DNA of 64,000 bases from Octopus vulgaris (GCA_951406725.2 CATOCA020000014.1:1-64000); one strand, 5' to 3'. Counted from the first letter of the stretch, positions 33,010 through 46,410 are shown. The notes: generated by a model not told the origin, from the sequence alone. Program-made: numbers and translations.

Positions 33010-33050
33010 TTTTTGATTGGACAAAAGTTATTGTGGGCGGGGCGTCATTT
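33010..33050. promoter_or_regulatory. Putative promoter, possibly bidirectional: CCAAT box and GC box between TTC36 and the TICRR-like gene
   Basis: gattgg at 33015-33020 (CCAAT on the minus strand) and gggcggggc at 33035-33043, about 130-150 bp upstream of the TTC36 ATG. Confidence 0.55.
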
Positions 33051-33357
33051 CCAGTTGTTTAACCGCATCTCACCCACTAATTGAGATGAAAAGCTTTCCG
33101 TCCACGACATCTGTTTTGTGTAGAGTATCTAGAATTGTTTTATCTAATATGTGTCCTTCCTTTTTTTAAAGCTGAGGAGTGTGATATGAGAGGAATTTGA
33201 CTGATATTTCTAGCAGTTCGGACGAGCATGTAGAGGTTTTCTAATCTTTAGTAATTGTTTAGCGAGGTCAGTGCTGATAAAGCAGGTAGTACCAAGGACG
33301 TTCTAGTCTTCTTTATTATCTGATGTGTCCATCCTATTTGTTTTAAACCTTAATGTT

Positions 33358-33699
33358 AATAAATTTTTTGATTCTGGAAAACTTACTGAACATCACAAAT
33401 TCAACGATTTCAAACTTAGACGTTTCGAAGAATTCGAAAAAGAATTACAAAGAGAGTTCGAAGGTGATGGTTCCAGCGTGCCGAAGGTCAACAGTGGAGA
33501 TTCTTCCGAAAGGAGGAAGTCAAACACTCCATCAGCAGCTGAATGTTTGAAAAGGACTTTATCCTACGCTGTCTACGACTTCCATTGGGAAAGTCCAGAC
33601 ATCACATCTCCTGCCAGGAAGATCGGAAGGAGTAGTATTCGGTCTTCCAGAAAACACAGTGCCGTTGTTTCAAGTGAGATTTCTCCACACAACCTTGTA
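33358..33699 (+). pseudogene. TICRR: TICRR/Treslin-like exon 1 remnant, truncated at both ends
   Basis: KFFDSGKL..DFKLRRFEEFEKEL..YDFHWESPDITSPARK..HNLV matches human Treslin KFFDSQG..DFRELGSRSWEDFEEEL..DYQWDRPEITSPTK..NAV. There is no in-frame ATG upstream and the frame stops at the palindrome junction. Confidence 0.8.
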
Positions 33700-33789
33700 T
33701 AAGTAGTTATATGCTTATATTATCCATTATAGTAATATTTGTCTGTTGAAACCTGTTTTAAGGCGGTCAATAGTTTAATTAAAGATGTA

Positions 33790-33838
<49 letters not shown>

Positions 33839-34983
33839 GTGTATATATACATGTGTATACATATATATATATATATACATGTATAGACACATCTTTAATT
33901 AAACTATTGACCGCCTTAAAACGGGTTTCAACAGACAAATATTACTATAATGGATAATGTAATGGATAAAATTCAGACAAACTTACCTCTTGCTGTCAAA
34001 AAAAGTGGATTAATTCTCAGCAAAACATACTGTTATGCTAGACCAGTGGTTTTCAACCAGGGTTCCGCAAGAAGTTGCAAAACTGCTAAAATCGGCAGTA
34101 ATTTTTAATTCTCCTGTGCAGATATGCGTGCATAAGACTATTAAATTATTGCACAGGGGTTCCTCGAGCCAGTGGAATGTTTGAATTACGCTCTGTGATA
34201 GCGTCAGGTTCTAATTTTTGCTTCTGATCTCTCTCTGTGCCGCCCTCTCTATCTCAAACTAATTTTTGTGTAGGTGGAGGTGTGGTGGGGAGACAGATGA
34301 ACAATGTCTCATGAACCATTTCTTAAACATACACGATATAGTCTATAAATTTGGGATGTTTTTGAAAGATAATATATTTTATCATCAGAATATATATACT
34401 TTCTCACACTACAATTAAGGTATATTTATTTTAAATCGTTCATCTTTTCCCGCCCACAACAAAACTTGGCGCGAAAACTTTTCTAAATATCAGCAGAATG
34501 AACAACTGAGATAGAGAGGGGGTGGGCAAAGAGAGATCAGAAGCAAAAATTAGAAACTGAAACCACACAGCGTAATTCAAACATTCCACTGGCTCGAGGA
34601 ACCCCTGTGCAATAATTTAATAGTCTTATGCACGCATATCTGCACAGGAGAATTAAAAATTACTGCCGATTTTAGCAGTTTTGCAACTTCTTGCGGAACC
34701 CTGGTTGAAAACCACTGGTCTAGCATAACAGTATGTTTTGCTGAGAATTAATCCACTTTTTTTGACAGCAAGAGGTAAGTTTGTCTGAATTTTATCCATT
34801 ACATTATCCATTATAGTAATATTTGTCTGTTGAAACCCGTTTTAAGGCGGTCAATAGTTTAATTAAAGATGTGTCTATACATGTATATATATATATATAT
34901 ATACATGTGTATATATATATATTTATATATACATGTGTATATATATAGACATGTGTATATATATATATATATATATACATTAT

Positions 34984-35036
<53 letters not shown>

Positions 35037-35133
35037 AGATACATCTTTAATTAAACTATTGACCGCCTTAAAACAGGTTTCAACAGACAAATATTACTAT
35101 AATGGATAATATAAGCATATAACTACTTATACA
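33696..35133. repeat. 1.44-kb nested palindrome (foldback): arms 33696-34256 and 34507-35133, each arm containing its own hairpin
   Basis: tgtataagtagttatatgc... is the reverse complement of ...gcatataactacttataca. Inner hairpins lie at 33719-33958 and 34803-35110 with (TA)n loops. Confidence 0.95.
34044..34717. mobile_element. Non-autonomous hAT (Charlie/Buster-like) element with long inverted arms
   Basis: Termini cagtggttttcaacc...ggttgaaaaccactg. The flank gtctagca resembles the nTCTAGAn target, but the two flanks are inverted rather than directly repeated. Confidence 0.65.
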
Positions 35134-36565
35134 CACATACAATAAATACAGACACACACATTAGTCAGACATATAGCCACATATACACACACTGCAAGAA
35201 TATATTTATTTATAAAGTTTAAACAGAACATGGAATGAAATGTATTTATTTATAAACTTTAAACTGAACTTCAATTGTTTTATAAGCCTAACGGCGAACC
35301 TCACGCAAATACACGAAGTTGACGACTTTCACTTCTGACAGCTAAAAGCATGACAGTATGCCAAATCTTCTTTTGCCCAATGATTTGTTCACACTTCAAT
35401 TTACTATCTTCTAGAAATGTTTCTTTTCTAAATTATTGATTTGTTATTTTTTTTTCCTTGTGAAAATTCCGGGGGAGGGGGTTACCCCCCTTTCCGGAGC
35501 AATTCCGGACCAAAATATGGGATTTGCAGCATATTAGGAGGTCAGGGTACTTGATCCCACGCAAAAAATCCGAGTTTTTTTTTTTTCTTAGTGAAAATCG
35601 TGCGGGTGTTAATCTGTAATTTTACCGTCAATTCTGACCTTTCCCCACCTAAAATTGCGGGCCTTGTGTTGACTGGATTAAAATCTCTCTGAAAATGCTC
35701 AACTATTGTTTTTCATAAAGCATTTATCTTCGTAAGTTTTGTGTCAATTATGATGTATTGGGATAAATATATTGATTCTTAAACCAGAGACCTTTTTCTA
35801 CCACCTACAATCCACACACACACACTTTTAAAAAAAAAAGGTCTATTACTTCAAATGTTAATGGTTTCTGTTAAGACTCAGCAACTTTTAACGAGTTCTT
35901 GACTAGAATTTGGTTTGTCAACTGTTAATAACTTTCAGTTCTTTAGACGTTCACATGATTGGGTAACAAGGCTAACGTGGGTGAGTAGAGGGGCTTATAC
36001 GTGTCACTCGGCTAGCTAGAAATAGCAGTCAAATTACTCTCGGATCCATACTAAACCTCTTTAAAAGAAAGAGAGAAGGGCGTATTCAGTAAAGTAGTCC
36101 AAGAAAAAATAAGTGAGAGTAGTTGGTCACGATGTAAAGATCATGCAGTTGTTCAGTCTAGGAGCCCAATAACAAATCAACTTATTTGTTTATGAAAGAA
36201 ATCGGTACTTGGAGAGTGAAAACGTTTTTTTCTCTCTTTTTGTTTTCTAAACTTTTCTCATTGAATACTTTCCCTCTTTATTGTAGTCCTGTAAACTCCT
36301 TATCCACTTTTTCATGCTTGCATATGTGTCACACGGAATTTGTAAAAGCAGATTTTCTACGACTGGATGCCCTTGTTGACAACCCCTACCTGTTTCCGAG
36401 CAAAGTAACTGATCCCCGTGGCTAGACATGTTTTTCACGGAAGACGAGAAACGAACATAATCTATATGACATGGTGTCAACACCAGGACACATTCTGTAT
36501 ATATATATCATCATCATCGTTTAACGTCCGTCCGCCTTCCGTGCTGGCATGGATGTATATATATA

Positions 36566-37687
36566 CTCTTTTACTTGTTTCAGTCGTGACTGTGGCCATG
36601 CTGGAGCACCGCCTTTAGTCGAGCAAATCGACCCCGGGACTTATTCTTTGTAAGCCTAGTACTTATTTTATCGGTCTCTTTTGTCGTAAACACAGCATCG
36701 GTTGCCAAGCGATGTTGGGGGAACAAACATATACATACACACACTCACAAATATATATATATATATATATATGGCATAGTTTCGGTTGGATTTCCGTCGA
36801 TTTCCGTAAAAAACTTTTATTTTTTTACATAAGTAATGAGAGCGAAAGAGACTAAGAGGAAGCGATTTTACGACGAGAAGGTTTCACTTTGAAGTCGGCC
36901 TGTGTGTGTTTGATGGGGTGTGGGAGACAGACAGTATGTTGTGTAAGTGAAGTGCTTCTGTTAGTGTGTGTGAAGAGACAGACATACATATACACATACA
37001 CCGAGTAAAAGATTACTATGAATCGGCCATACATACATACATACACACACACACATACATAGATACATACACACACACACATACATACATACATACATAC
37101 ACACACACATACTTACACACACACACACACACATAGATACATACACACACACACATACATGCAGACATACATATACACATACACCGAGTAAAAAATTACA
37201 CTGAATCGACCATACATACATACACACATACATACATACACATACACACATACATAGATACATAACATACACACACACACATACATGCAGACATACATAT
37301 ACACATACACCGAGTAAAAAATTACGATGAATCGGCCATACATACATACATACACACACACATACTTACACACACACATACTTACACACACACACACATA
37401 CATGCATACATACATATACACATACACCGAGTAAAAAATCAGTTATCTCTCTCTTTCACACATTACTCTCTCTGTCTCTTCGCACACACTAACAGAAGCA
37501 CTTCACTTACACAACATACTGTCTGTCTCCCACACCCCATCAAACACACACAGGCCGACTTCAAAGTGAAACCTTCTCGTCGTAAAATCGCTTCCTCTTA
37601 GTCTCTTTCGCTCTCATTACTTATGTAAAAAAATAAAAGTTTTTTACGGAAATCGACGGAAATCTGTGCTACGACATGCGAAACTTC

Positions 37688-37762
<75 letters not shown>

Positions 37763-37912
37763 GACGGGCTTCCTTCAGTTTCTGTCTACCAAATCCACTC
37801 ACAAGGCTTTGGTCGGCCCAAGGCTATAGTAGAAGACACTTACCCAAGGTGCCATGCAGTGGGATAGAACCCGGAACCATGTGGTTGGTAAGCAAGCTAC
37901 TTACCACACAGC

Positions 37913-37916
<4 letters not shown>
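36566..37916 (-). mobile_element. tRNA-derived SINE interrupted by a TIR element
   Basis: Minus-strand head gtggctgtgtggtaag (A-box) ... ggttctatccc (B-box) at about 37860-37915. Body and tail at 36566-36740; a similar tail occurs at 50870-51120. Confidence 0.75.
36773..37690. mobile_element. Non-autonomous DNA transposon with about 200-bp TIRs, inserted in (TA)n
   Basis: 36789-36982 is a nearly perfect reverse complement of 37472-37664. Termini are ggc...gcc with (TA)n on both sides. The interior has four accgagtaaaa-anchored repeats. Confidence 0.85.
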
Positions 37917-37961
<45 letters not shown>

Positions 37962-38351
37962 CACATATACACACACACACACACACACACGACTGATTTT
38001 ATTCAATTTCCAGGTACCCAATAAACTCAAAATGTCATGTAATGGGATAATAGTGATAATTCAGAGATTTAAAAGAAATAAGGATGATTATAGTTGGAAG
38101 GGCAACTCTTCTGAAACAAAAAGTATTTAGTCCCCAATACTTTTTGGTAGCAGCAACATTAGCATTTTGGATATAATTCATCTGTTTTTGTGGATCATAG
38201 AATCATCAGTGAAGAACGTGTAGAAGTCAGTTATGTCTACTAAAAAAAAATAGCAACATCATTTAACGTCTGTCTTCCTATAACAGTTGACTACAATGCT
38301 GCTATGCCAGTCATTGGGTATAATACCTTTCTATACATCCTGATTAACTAT

Positions 38352-40825
38352 ATGGGTGAAGTGTATCAGACTGCCAGAAGGGAAGCTAGGAGGCAGGTTC
38401 ATTTAGCCATAGGAGAAGCAGATAAGAAAAAATCTGCCAATGTTCTGCGTCGTGAGGACGAAAGAATTAAGGCATTTCGTGTTGCAAGACAGTGTGTGAG
38501 AGAGAATCCTGATGTGGTAGGAGAGAAATGTGTCCACATGGATGATGGCTCACTTGCATTTAATGAGGCTGAAAAGAGAGAGACTTGGAGAAGCCACTAT
38601 GAAAGGTTGCTGAATAAAGAAAATGAATGGGCGAAAAAGAGTCTGCCGAATGTCGACCCAACAGAGGGACCAGCTATCCGAGTTGACAGTACCTTGGTAG
38701 ATAAGGCAATTAGAAGTATGAAGACAGGGAAAGCCCCAGGCCCATCAGGAATCACTGCAGAGATGCTCAAAATATCTGGCAGTGTCGGCTATAGCCTAGT
38801 CACCCGTATTGTAAACCAGGTGATACACAAAGGAGTCATTCCCAATGACTGGTGTAGCAGCATAATAGTTAACTGCTACAAAGGTAAAGGTGACACTTTA
38901 GATATAAATAATTACAGAGGTAACAAGCTGTTGGATCAGGTAATGAAGGTCACGTAGAGGGTCATAGCCCAACTGATTAGGGAGAGAGTCAGCTTGGATG
39001 AGATGCAGTTTGGTTTCATGCCAGGGAAAAGCACCACTGATGCCATATTTCTGGTAAGACAGCTGCAGGAGAAATACCTAGCCAAACATAAGCCCCTGTA
39101 CCTGGCTTTTCGTTGACATGAAGAAAGCCTTTGACAGGGTCCCTCAATCCCTTATCCGGTGGTCAATGAAGAAACTAAGGATAGATGAATGGTTAGTGAG
39201 AGCTGTGCAAGCCATGTACAGGGGTGCTGTAAGGTGAGGGTTGGCAACGAGCACACTGAAGAATTCAGGGTAGAGGTAGGGGTCCACCAAGGTTCAGTCC
39301 TCAGTCCCCACCTATCTATCTTAGTCCTCCAGGCAATAATGGAGGAATTCAAGACAGGATGCCCCTGGGAGTGCCTCTATGCTGATGCCCTTGCACTAAT
39401 TGCTGAGTCACTATCAGAACTGGAGGAGAAGTTTCAGGTGTGGAAACAAGGATTAGAATTGAAGGGCCTTAGAGTCAACCTAGCTAAAACCAAAGTCTTA
39501 ATAAGTAGGAAAGCAGGCAAACCACAAATCCCTTCAGGTAGATGGCCCTGCTCGATCTGTTGTAGAGGCATAGGTAGAAACTCTTATAAGATGTACTAAG
39601 TGTAAACTATAGACACATAAGAGGTGCAGTAATATCAAAGGAAGGCTAACTAGGAAGATAGTTTTTGTATGTGGCAGATGCTTGGGAGCAATAAACACTG
39701 AAAATGCACTGAGAACAACTTCCGCCACATTCCAGGGAGGAAAACTAGAAGTGGTTGATAGCTTCCATTACTTAGGTGACCAAGTCAGTAGCAGGGGAGG
39801 GTGCGATAAAAATAGCTTGGGCAAAGTTCAGAGAGCTCTTACTTCTGCTGGTGACAAAGGACCTCTCGCTCAGAGTAAAAGGTAGACTGTATGACATGTG
39901 TACGAACAGCCATGCTACATGGCAGTGAAACATGGGCTGTGACTGCTGAGGACATGCGTAAGCTTGCAAGGAATGAAGCCAGTATGATCAGATGGATGTG
40001 TAATGTCAGTGTGCATACTCGACAGAGTGTAAGTACCTTGAGAGAAAAGTTGGACCTAAGAAGCATCAGATGTGGTGTGCAAGAGAGACGTTTGCGCTGG
40101 TATGGTCATGTGGCGAGAATGGATGAGGACAACTGTGTGAAAAAGTGCCACACCCTAGCGGTTGAGGGAACCTGTGGAAGAGGTAGACCCAGGAAAACCT
40201 GGGATGAAGTGGTGAAGCACAACCTTCAAACCTCACCAAGGAAATGACTAGCGACTGAGACTTTTGGAAATATGCCGTGTGTGAGAAGACCCGGCAAGCC
40301 AAATGAGACCATAATCTGAAGGCCTATGCCAGGGGCATTACCAGCCCTCTTATGTGTACCTTTTCCTTCTTTGGACACTAAAACTCTGCTTGCGAAGACC
40401 TGTTGAGGCAAGTGAAATCAAATTCGATGACTGGCGTCCGTGCTAGCAGGGTGCAAAGAGAACCGTTCGAGCATGATCGTTACCAGCGTCACCTTACTGG
40501 CACTCGAGCCCCGTGCAAGTAGGGTATTGAGAGCACCATCCGAGCGTGATCGTTACCAGCATCGCCTTACTGGCATCTGTGCTGGTGGCATGTGTAAAAG
40601 ATTTGAGCAAGGTCGTTGCCAGTACTACCTGATTGGTTTCATGCTGGTGGCACGTAAAAGTACCCACTACACTCTCGGAGTGGTTGGCATTAGGAAGGGC
40701 ATGCAGCTGTAGAAACTCTGCCAGATCAAGATTGAAGCCTGGTGCAGCCATCTGGTTCGCCAGCCCTTAGTCATTCGTCCAACCCATGCTAGCATGGAAA
40801 GCGGACGTTAAACGATGATGATGAT
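38352..40825 (+). mobile_element. 5'-truncated, degenerate RTE LINE with a longer 3' UTR
   Basis: Close protein similarity to the 9577-12898 ORF, with frameshifts, stops and YADA in place of YADD. (GAT)n tail near 40813. Confidence 0.92.
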
Positions 40826-41029
40826 GTTGTGACTAGGCTGTATCCTACTCTGCCAGATATTTTAAGCATCTTGGAGGTAATTCCTGATGGACTAAGGGCT
40901 TTCTCTGCCATCATATCCTAAATTGCTCTACCTTCTATGCTTCTGTCAACTACAATAGCTATTTTCTTTATTTGGTTCACATTGGAAAGACCTTTTTTTC
41001 TTCCACACATTATCCTAATAGCATTTCAT

Positions 41030-41850
41030 AGTAGCATTCACATCTATTTTCCAAATCACTAATATTAAATGTTCCATCATCCATCCAAACACTTCTTGCC
41101 CACAACATGTTGATTCCCTCTGATACACTGTTTTACAATCTCGATCATTTCATGCCTCTGATGTCATCATGCTGCAGAACATTGGCAGACCTCTTACTTT
41201 CTGCTCCTCCCTTTGCTCTATATATACCTGTTGCCTAGCTTCTTTTCTAGCTACTTTAATTCTTTGCAGCCTCCATTTTTCTAGTGTTTCCAAGCCTGTC
41301 TCTTAGTTTTAATGACCGTTCACCTCATTGCTCCACCTATTTCAGCCAGCTACACATTTGATCTGTTGCTCAAATGTGATCATTTCTCTTCTATATTATA
41401 TGTCTCTATCTCCTCATCATCAGATGCTTCAATTAGTACTTTTCTGCATTTCTGTCTGTTCATTGTATTTTTAAGCTTCCGTAACATCCTTTTCCAAACT
41501 GGTTGTTTTATATCTAAGCCTGAAGTCACTAGCCACTAACCTTTGTTGAGTTGTACATTCTTCACTCAAAAATGTACAAGCATCTGTCTGTCCCATTTTC
41601 TGGTGAAAATGTAGTCAACCTGGCTTGTGTACCCACAAGATTGATAGTGATCAGATAAATGGTTGGTTTCTTGAAGTTAATGTTACAGGTCATCTAATCA
41701 TTTGCATCAAAGCTTTGATCCCTCCTCAATTCTAGGACCAAAGTTTGTGTTTCTGTGTACTCTATGGAATCCAAGTCCCAATATGTTTGTTGAAGTCTCC
41801 AGACATTCATCATCAAGGAATGTGTGTAAGGGCTTCATAAAATTGGTCTG
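41030..41850 (-). mobile_element. Old RTE endonuclease-region fragment
   Basis: The minus strand near 41590-41700 gives CNINFKKPT..LIT..SQVDYIFTRK. Confidence 0.6.
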
Positions 41851-43095
41851 TTGTACACTCATCTGTGTATGTATATATATTTATATATATACATACCAAC
41901 CCATGCTAGCATGGAAAACAGATGTTAAACAATGATGATGATGATGACATATGCATATATTGTATGTGTGTGTGTGTATATATATATATATATACACACA
42001 CACATACATACATGCATACATGTGTGTGTGTGTGTGTGTGTGTGTCCTTGTATTCATATAACATGACAGTTCCGAACATGCGTCATTGCCATGCTAGTGA
42101 AGTCATTTGTTTTCAGTCTTCTGTGAAAAACATGTCTGACCATGGGGAAATTATTATTTTGCTTGGAAACAGGTGAGGGTTGGCAACAGGAAGGGCATCC
42201 AGCTGTACAAAATCTGCCTTAATAAACTCGGGCAAGCATGGAAAAGTGGACAGTCAAATGAAGATGATGATAACATCATTAATTTTAAATCTGTTTTTCC
42301 ATGCTATCATGGGTAAGATGGAAGTTTATTTGGGACACCATTTTAGGGCTGGATGCTCTTTCTGTCACCACCTTTTAACCTGTTTTCTTGTATGGTAAAT
42401 GTGAGAGATCAGATATGGCCTGTTTGAACATAAAACAGGTAGAATATTAGGGCAGAATATGGCCAGTTTCCTTCCACCAAATTTTTCTCATTAGATATTG
42501 GTCAGCCTCTAGCTATGGTAGAAAATAGCTTTGCTGCTGCACAGACTGAAGTCAAACCACATGGCTATGACATGGATTTATTAACCACAAGATATATCAC
42601 ATAATGATACCTTGAAGAAACATCAATGTGGTCATTTGACCTGGTAGAAAAACAACCAAATGTCCTACAAATCACATCTGCCTTAAACAAAGAAGGACAC
42701 ATTGGATAATGTAGTTCTAGATACCCTTCTAAAGACTGGGAGCTCACAGCTGGAATGCTTTTGGTCATAAATTTGCTTGGTTGACTTCAGAGTTAAACAA
42801 CAATCAATATATTTATACTAGTGAAGTTATGTCTCCCATAGTCAAGTAACCAAATTACATCTTAACCTCTATCAATAATTAAAATTGTATAAATTGTATG
42901 TTAAATAATTTTAGTACCTGTTTTGTAAGAAATAATGAGATAACTTAGTTAAGATAATGTTTACTTAGAAAAAGCATGTGGATTGCAGAATTAATAAATG
43001 CTCAGCCAAAATGTGTTGCTTTATCCACTGTACCCTGCTGCCTGTGAAATTAGGATTCACTTTCGATGCTCTCTCTCTCTCTTTCTATCTATCTA

Positions 43096-43134
<39 letters not shown>

Positions 43135-44851
43135 ATGATGATGATATATATATATATATATATATATAAATATATATATATATCCTATTCACTGCATTAC
43201 ATCACCCATGTAATGAGTGATGACATTAGACTTGTGCATATGCCACCAACATCCTTAACACCCTATCTCCCTTTCATTCTCTCTTACTCTCTTTGTCACC
43301 ACGCCATGATAACTAAAACCATGGGCACTCTGTCAACTGGTTGGCAAATGAGTGGTAGTAATGGAGGTTTGATAGGATCTCATCTAGTGTTGGTAGCCAG
43401 AGTAAAGAGCACCCAATACACTGTAAAGTGGTTGGTGTTGGGAAGAGCACCTAGCTGTAGAAACCATTCCAAAATGGAACATGCAAATGAGATGTGATCC
43501 TCAACAACTTAGAATTACAGTCTGTGCTGTATAGAATGCAGTCCATCCTTAGCAACATAGAATGCATTTTATGGAAAGTGGATGTGAGATGGTGATGACA
43601 ATGACATCATTGTTGTCTTTTTGTTTTGAGTTCAACTCTTACCCAGATCCACTTTGCTTTCAATCCATCTAGGGTTTATAAAGTAAGTGCTAGGGTCAAT
43701 GTACTCAACTATTACCAAGAAAGTAATAACTCAGCATAGCCAATATATTTTGAAACTGTATTACAACAACTAGAATCACTTTTTCAATCCTCAGTCAACA
43801 CTTACTTGAGACTAGAAAAGTGAAATATAATCTTCCACTAAGTTATCCCCTTTCTTGTAATATGTGAAGTTTCAGCATTCAAATATAAATTTGAACTTTT
43901 TTTTTTTTTATATATATATATATATATATATCTACTTTGAAGCACAGTCACCATCCTCATTTAACATCCATTTTCTGTGTTGACATGAGTTGGATGGTTA
44001 GTAAACTGGGGAGCTGCACCAGGTTCCAATCTCATTTGGCATGGTTTCTACAGCTGGATGCCCTTCCTCATGCCAACCATTCCAAGAGTGTAGTGGGTGC
44101 TTTTTACACACCACCAGCACAGGTACCAGTTGTGAAACACCATCATTAGCCATGACTTCTCAAACACAGTATATTGCCAGAGGTCTTGGCCACTTGTCAC
44201 TGCCTCTGTGAGGCCCAAAGTTGAAAGGGTGCCTTTTACGGGCCACCCAGCATGGGTGCCAGTTACGCAACACTGGCATCAGTTGCAACTACAATTTCCT
44301 GTGGCTTGATGGGTCTTCTCAAGCATGGTATACTGCCCAACGTTCAAAGGGTGCTTTTAATGTGCCCTCAGCACAGGAGCTAGTTATATGACACTGTTCC
44401 TTAATGCTTTTGATACAAACCTGTCCAAGACCAACTCTGGTTCCTTAATACAAACTTGAGCTTTCAGATCACTCTGTCAAATATGATGCTTATTTATTCA
44501 CATTATTTTTTAATTAATGCTGCAATATTTCGTAACTTTAAGATTTTGAGGATATGGTTATTTTTAGAATGGCCTTGTGGACCAGATCTTGCTGGTTTGA
44601 ACATAAAACAGGTACAATATTTAGTTTAAATGCAGAAGGGTTAATGTGATTTAAGGACCTTCCCTCAAAATTTCATGTTAATTTATGTTCCAAACTCTAA
44701 AGTTTGTTGCTATTTTCAAAGTTAGTGGAAATAACAGCAGTGCATTTCAAAAGCAATCTAGCAACAAAGAGGTGAAGAGTTTGGTGTGTGTATGGGAAAG
44801 TTATAAATAACAGCAGTGTTCAATTTCTTTTAAATATCTTAATCTTTTTAG

Positions 44852-45302
44852 ATTTCCAGGGAAATGGCAGATTCAATCAATATTGTATCTGAAGCTTTAA
44901 CTCAACTTGGAGGAAAACTTATTCCATTAGATGCCTTAGTAAATACTGGCAAAACATACTGGTCCTCTGTACATACAGTTACAAGGCAGATTGAGGAAAA
45001 GTCTTCTCTAACAAAAAATGAACATCCAAAACCAAGTGAACAGCCTGCAGGTTTCCAAAGTATGAGTGGTACAGATGATAAGGAAGACACACCAAAAATC
45101 AATGATATCCCTCATTCTCCAGATAGTATTGGTAACATATGTTATAATCAACCATCAAGATGTATCCTCCCTGTAACCTGTTTACTTGACTATTTCATCT
45201 CCAAACCAAACAACTCTAATGTTACACCAGTTAACAATTCCAGCCAAATTTGCAACCCAAGTAGCTTAGGCTCCATTCAGGCTAGATTAACTTATCACAA
45301 AG
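44852..45302 (+). CDS. TICRR: TICRR/Treslin-like internal exon
   Basis: ttttag|ATT TCC AGG...CAC AAA G|gtaagc. IVSEALTQLGGKLIP resembles TVCELLHHGGGTVLP, and ILPVTCLLDYF resembles MLPTDATLNRL. Confidence 0.75.
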
Positions 45303-46410
45303 GTAAGCTTCTCACTTAAATATTATTGTTCGTTTTTACATTTATTTTCTTTCACAGTTGATAAAATATCCTTGTTCCTTTTTGTAGTTTGTTTCTACAG
45401 TTAACAAAATAAAGAAAGGGGATAACTTAGTGGAAGATTATATTTACTTAGTAAAAGGTGGGTGGATGGTAAAATTTGTCAATCAGAGGTGAAGAAAAAT
45501 CTTGTTTGTATCTATTGTTCTATGCTGCCTGTGTAGTAAGAGATAGCAGTGGGCTTCTCCTCTCCACTGTACTGCTCTGCATGTGTAACTAGAGATGGCA
45601 ATGAATTTGTCCGTTTCTCATCTCTCTGTCACCTTCTCCTGTTCATTGCACTTTGTCCATTCAATGAGAGATAGCATTGAACTTATGCATATTCCACCAC
45701 CGTCTCGATCACTCTACCTCTACCACCATCAAGGCACCTATGTATGAGGAACTGTTCTTATCTGATGCTTTTCATCATCACCCGTCTTCACTTCCTCTTC
45801 TCAAGCCACTTGCTGTTTATACCTACCACCGTCTTGCTCCATCTCTCATCTTTATTACCAGTCATCATGTGTCACTTAATGATCATCCTCCAAAATTTGT
45901 GGGTTGTACTTTTGTTAGAACTCTATTTCATTATATTATATCGAAGTGGTTAGTGGAAGAAACAGTAGATTAAATGCCTTACAGTACTGACTTACATCTC
46001 TATACATTCTAAGTTCAAATCTCGCTGAAGTCATTATAATGAACTGTACTCTTCCATTAAATGCCTGAGCTTGGACCAATGTTTAACAATCAATATTTCC
46101 ACAAACTTTTTAAGATTGCATCTGGCAGACTCGGTGGCATTTTGTCTGTCTTTACTTTCTGAGTCCAAATTCTGCAGTGGTAAACTTTACCTTTCATTTT
46201 CTTGTGCCGATAAAATAAATACCAGCTGGTTAATGTAATCAACTGAACTCCTCCTCCCAAAATTGCTGGCCCAAAAAATTAGAAACCAGTATTTCCATGA
46301 ACTGTGGTCAGGCGAGATGACAAAGGACCAAGGTGTCTGGTGCCTTGCTGTACTGAAGAAGACTCATACTCTGCAGAAGTGTTAAGATCAGTCCTTCTGG
46401 TGGTGTAGAG

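Noticed and set aside
34769-34774. 6-nt microexon (tttgacag|CAAGAG|gtaagt)
   Set aside because: It cannot be distinguished from the decayed 3' end of TICRR exon 1 without RNA data, and there is no upstream donor to join it. It is covered under the TICRR finding.
36990-37440. CRISPR-like repeat-spacer pattern (also 54627-55345)
   Set aside because: Eukaryotic context; the spacers are microsatellite or homologous SINE bodies, and there are no cas genes.
37860-37916. tRNA gene (A and B boxes; also near 52300-52370)
   Set aside because: No complete cloverleaf; the sequence continues into a SINE body, so it is a SINE head.
38014-38230. Candidate missing TICRR exon after tttccag at 38013
   Set aside because: Stops occur in all frames, there is no recognisable Treslin motif and no convincing donor.
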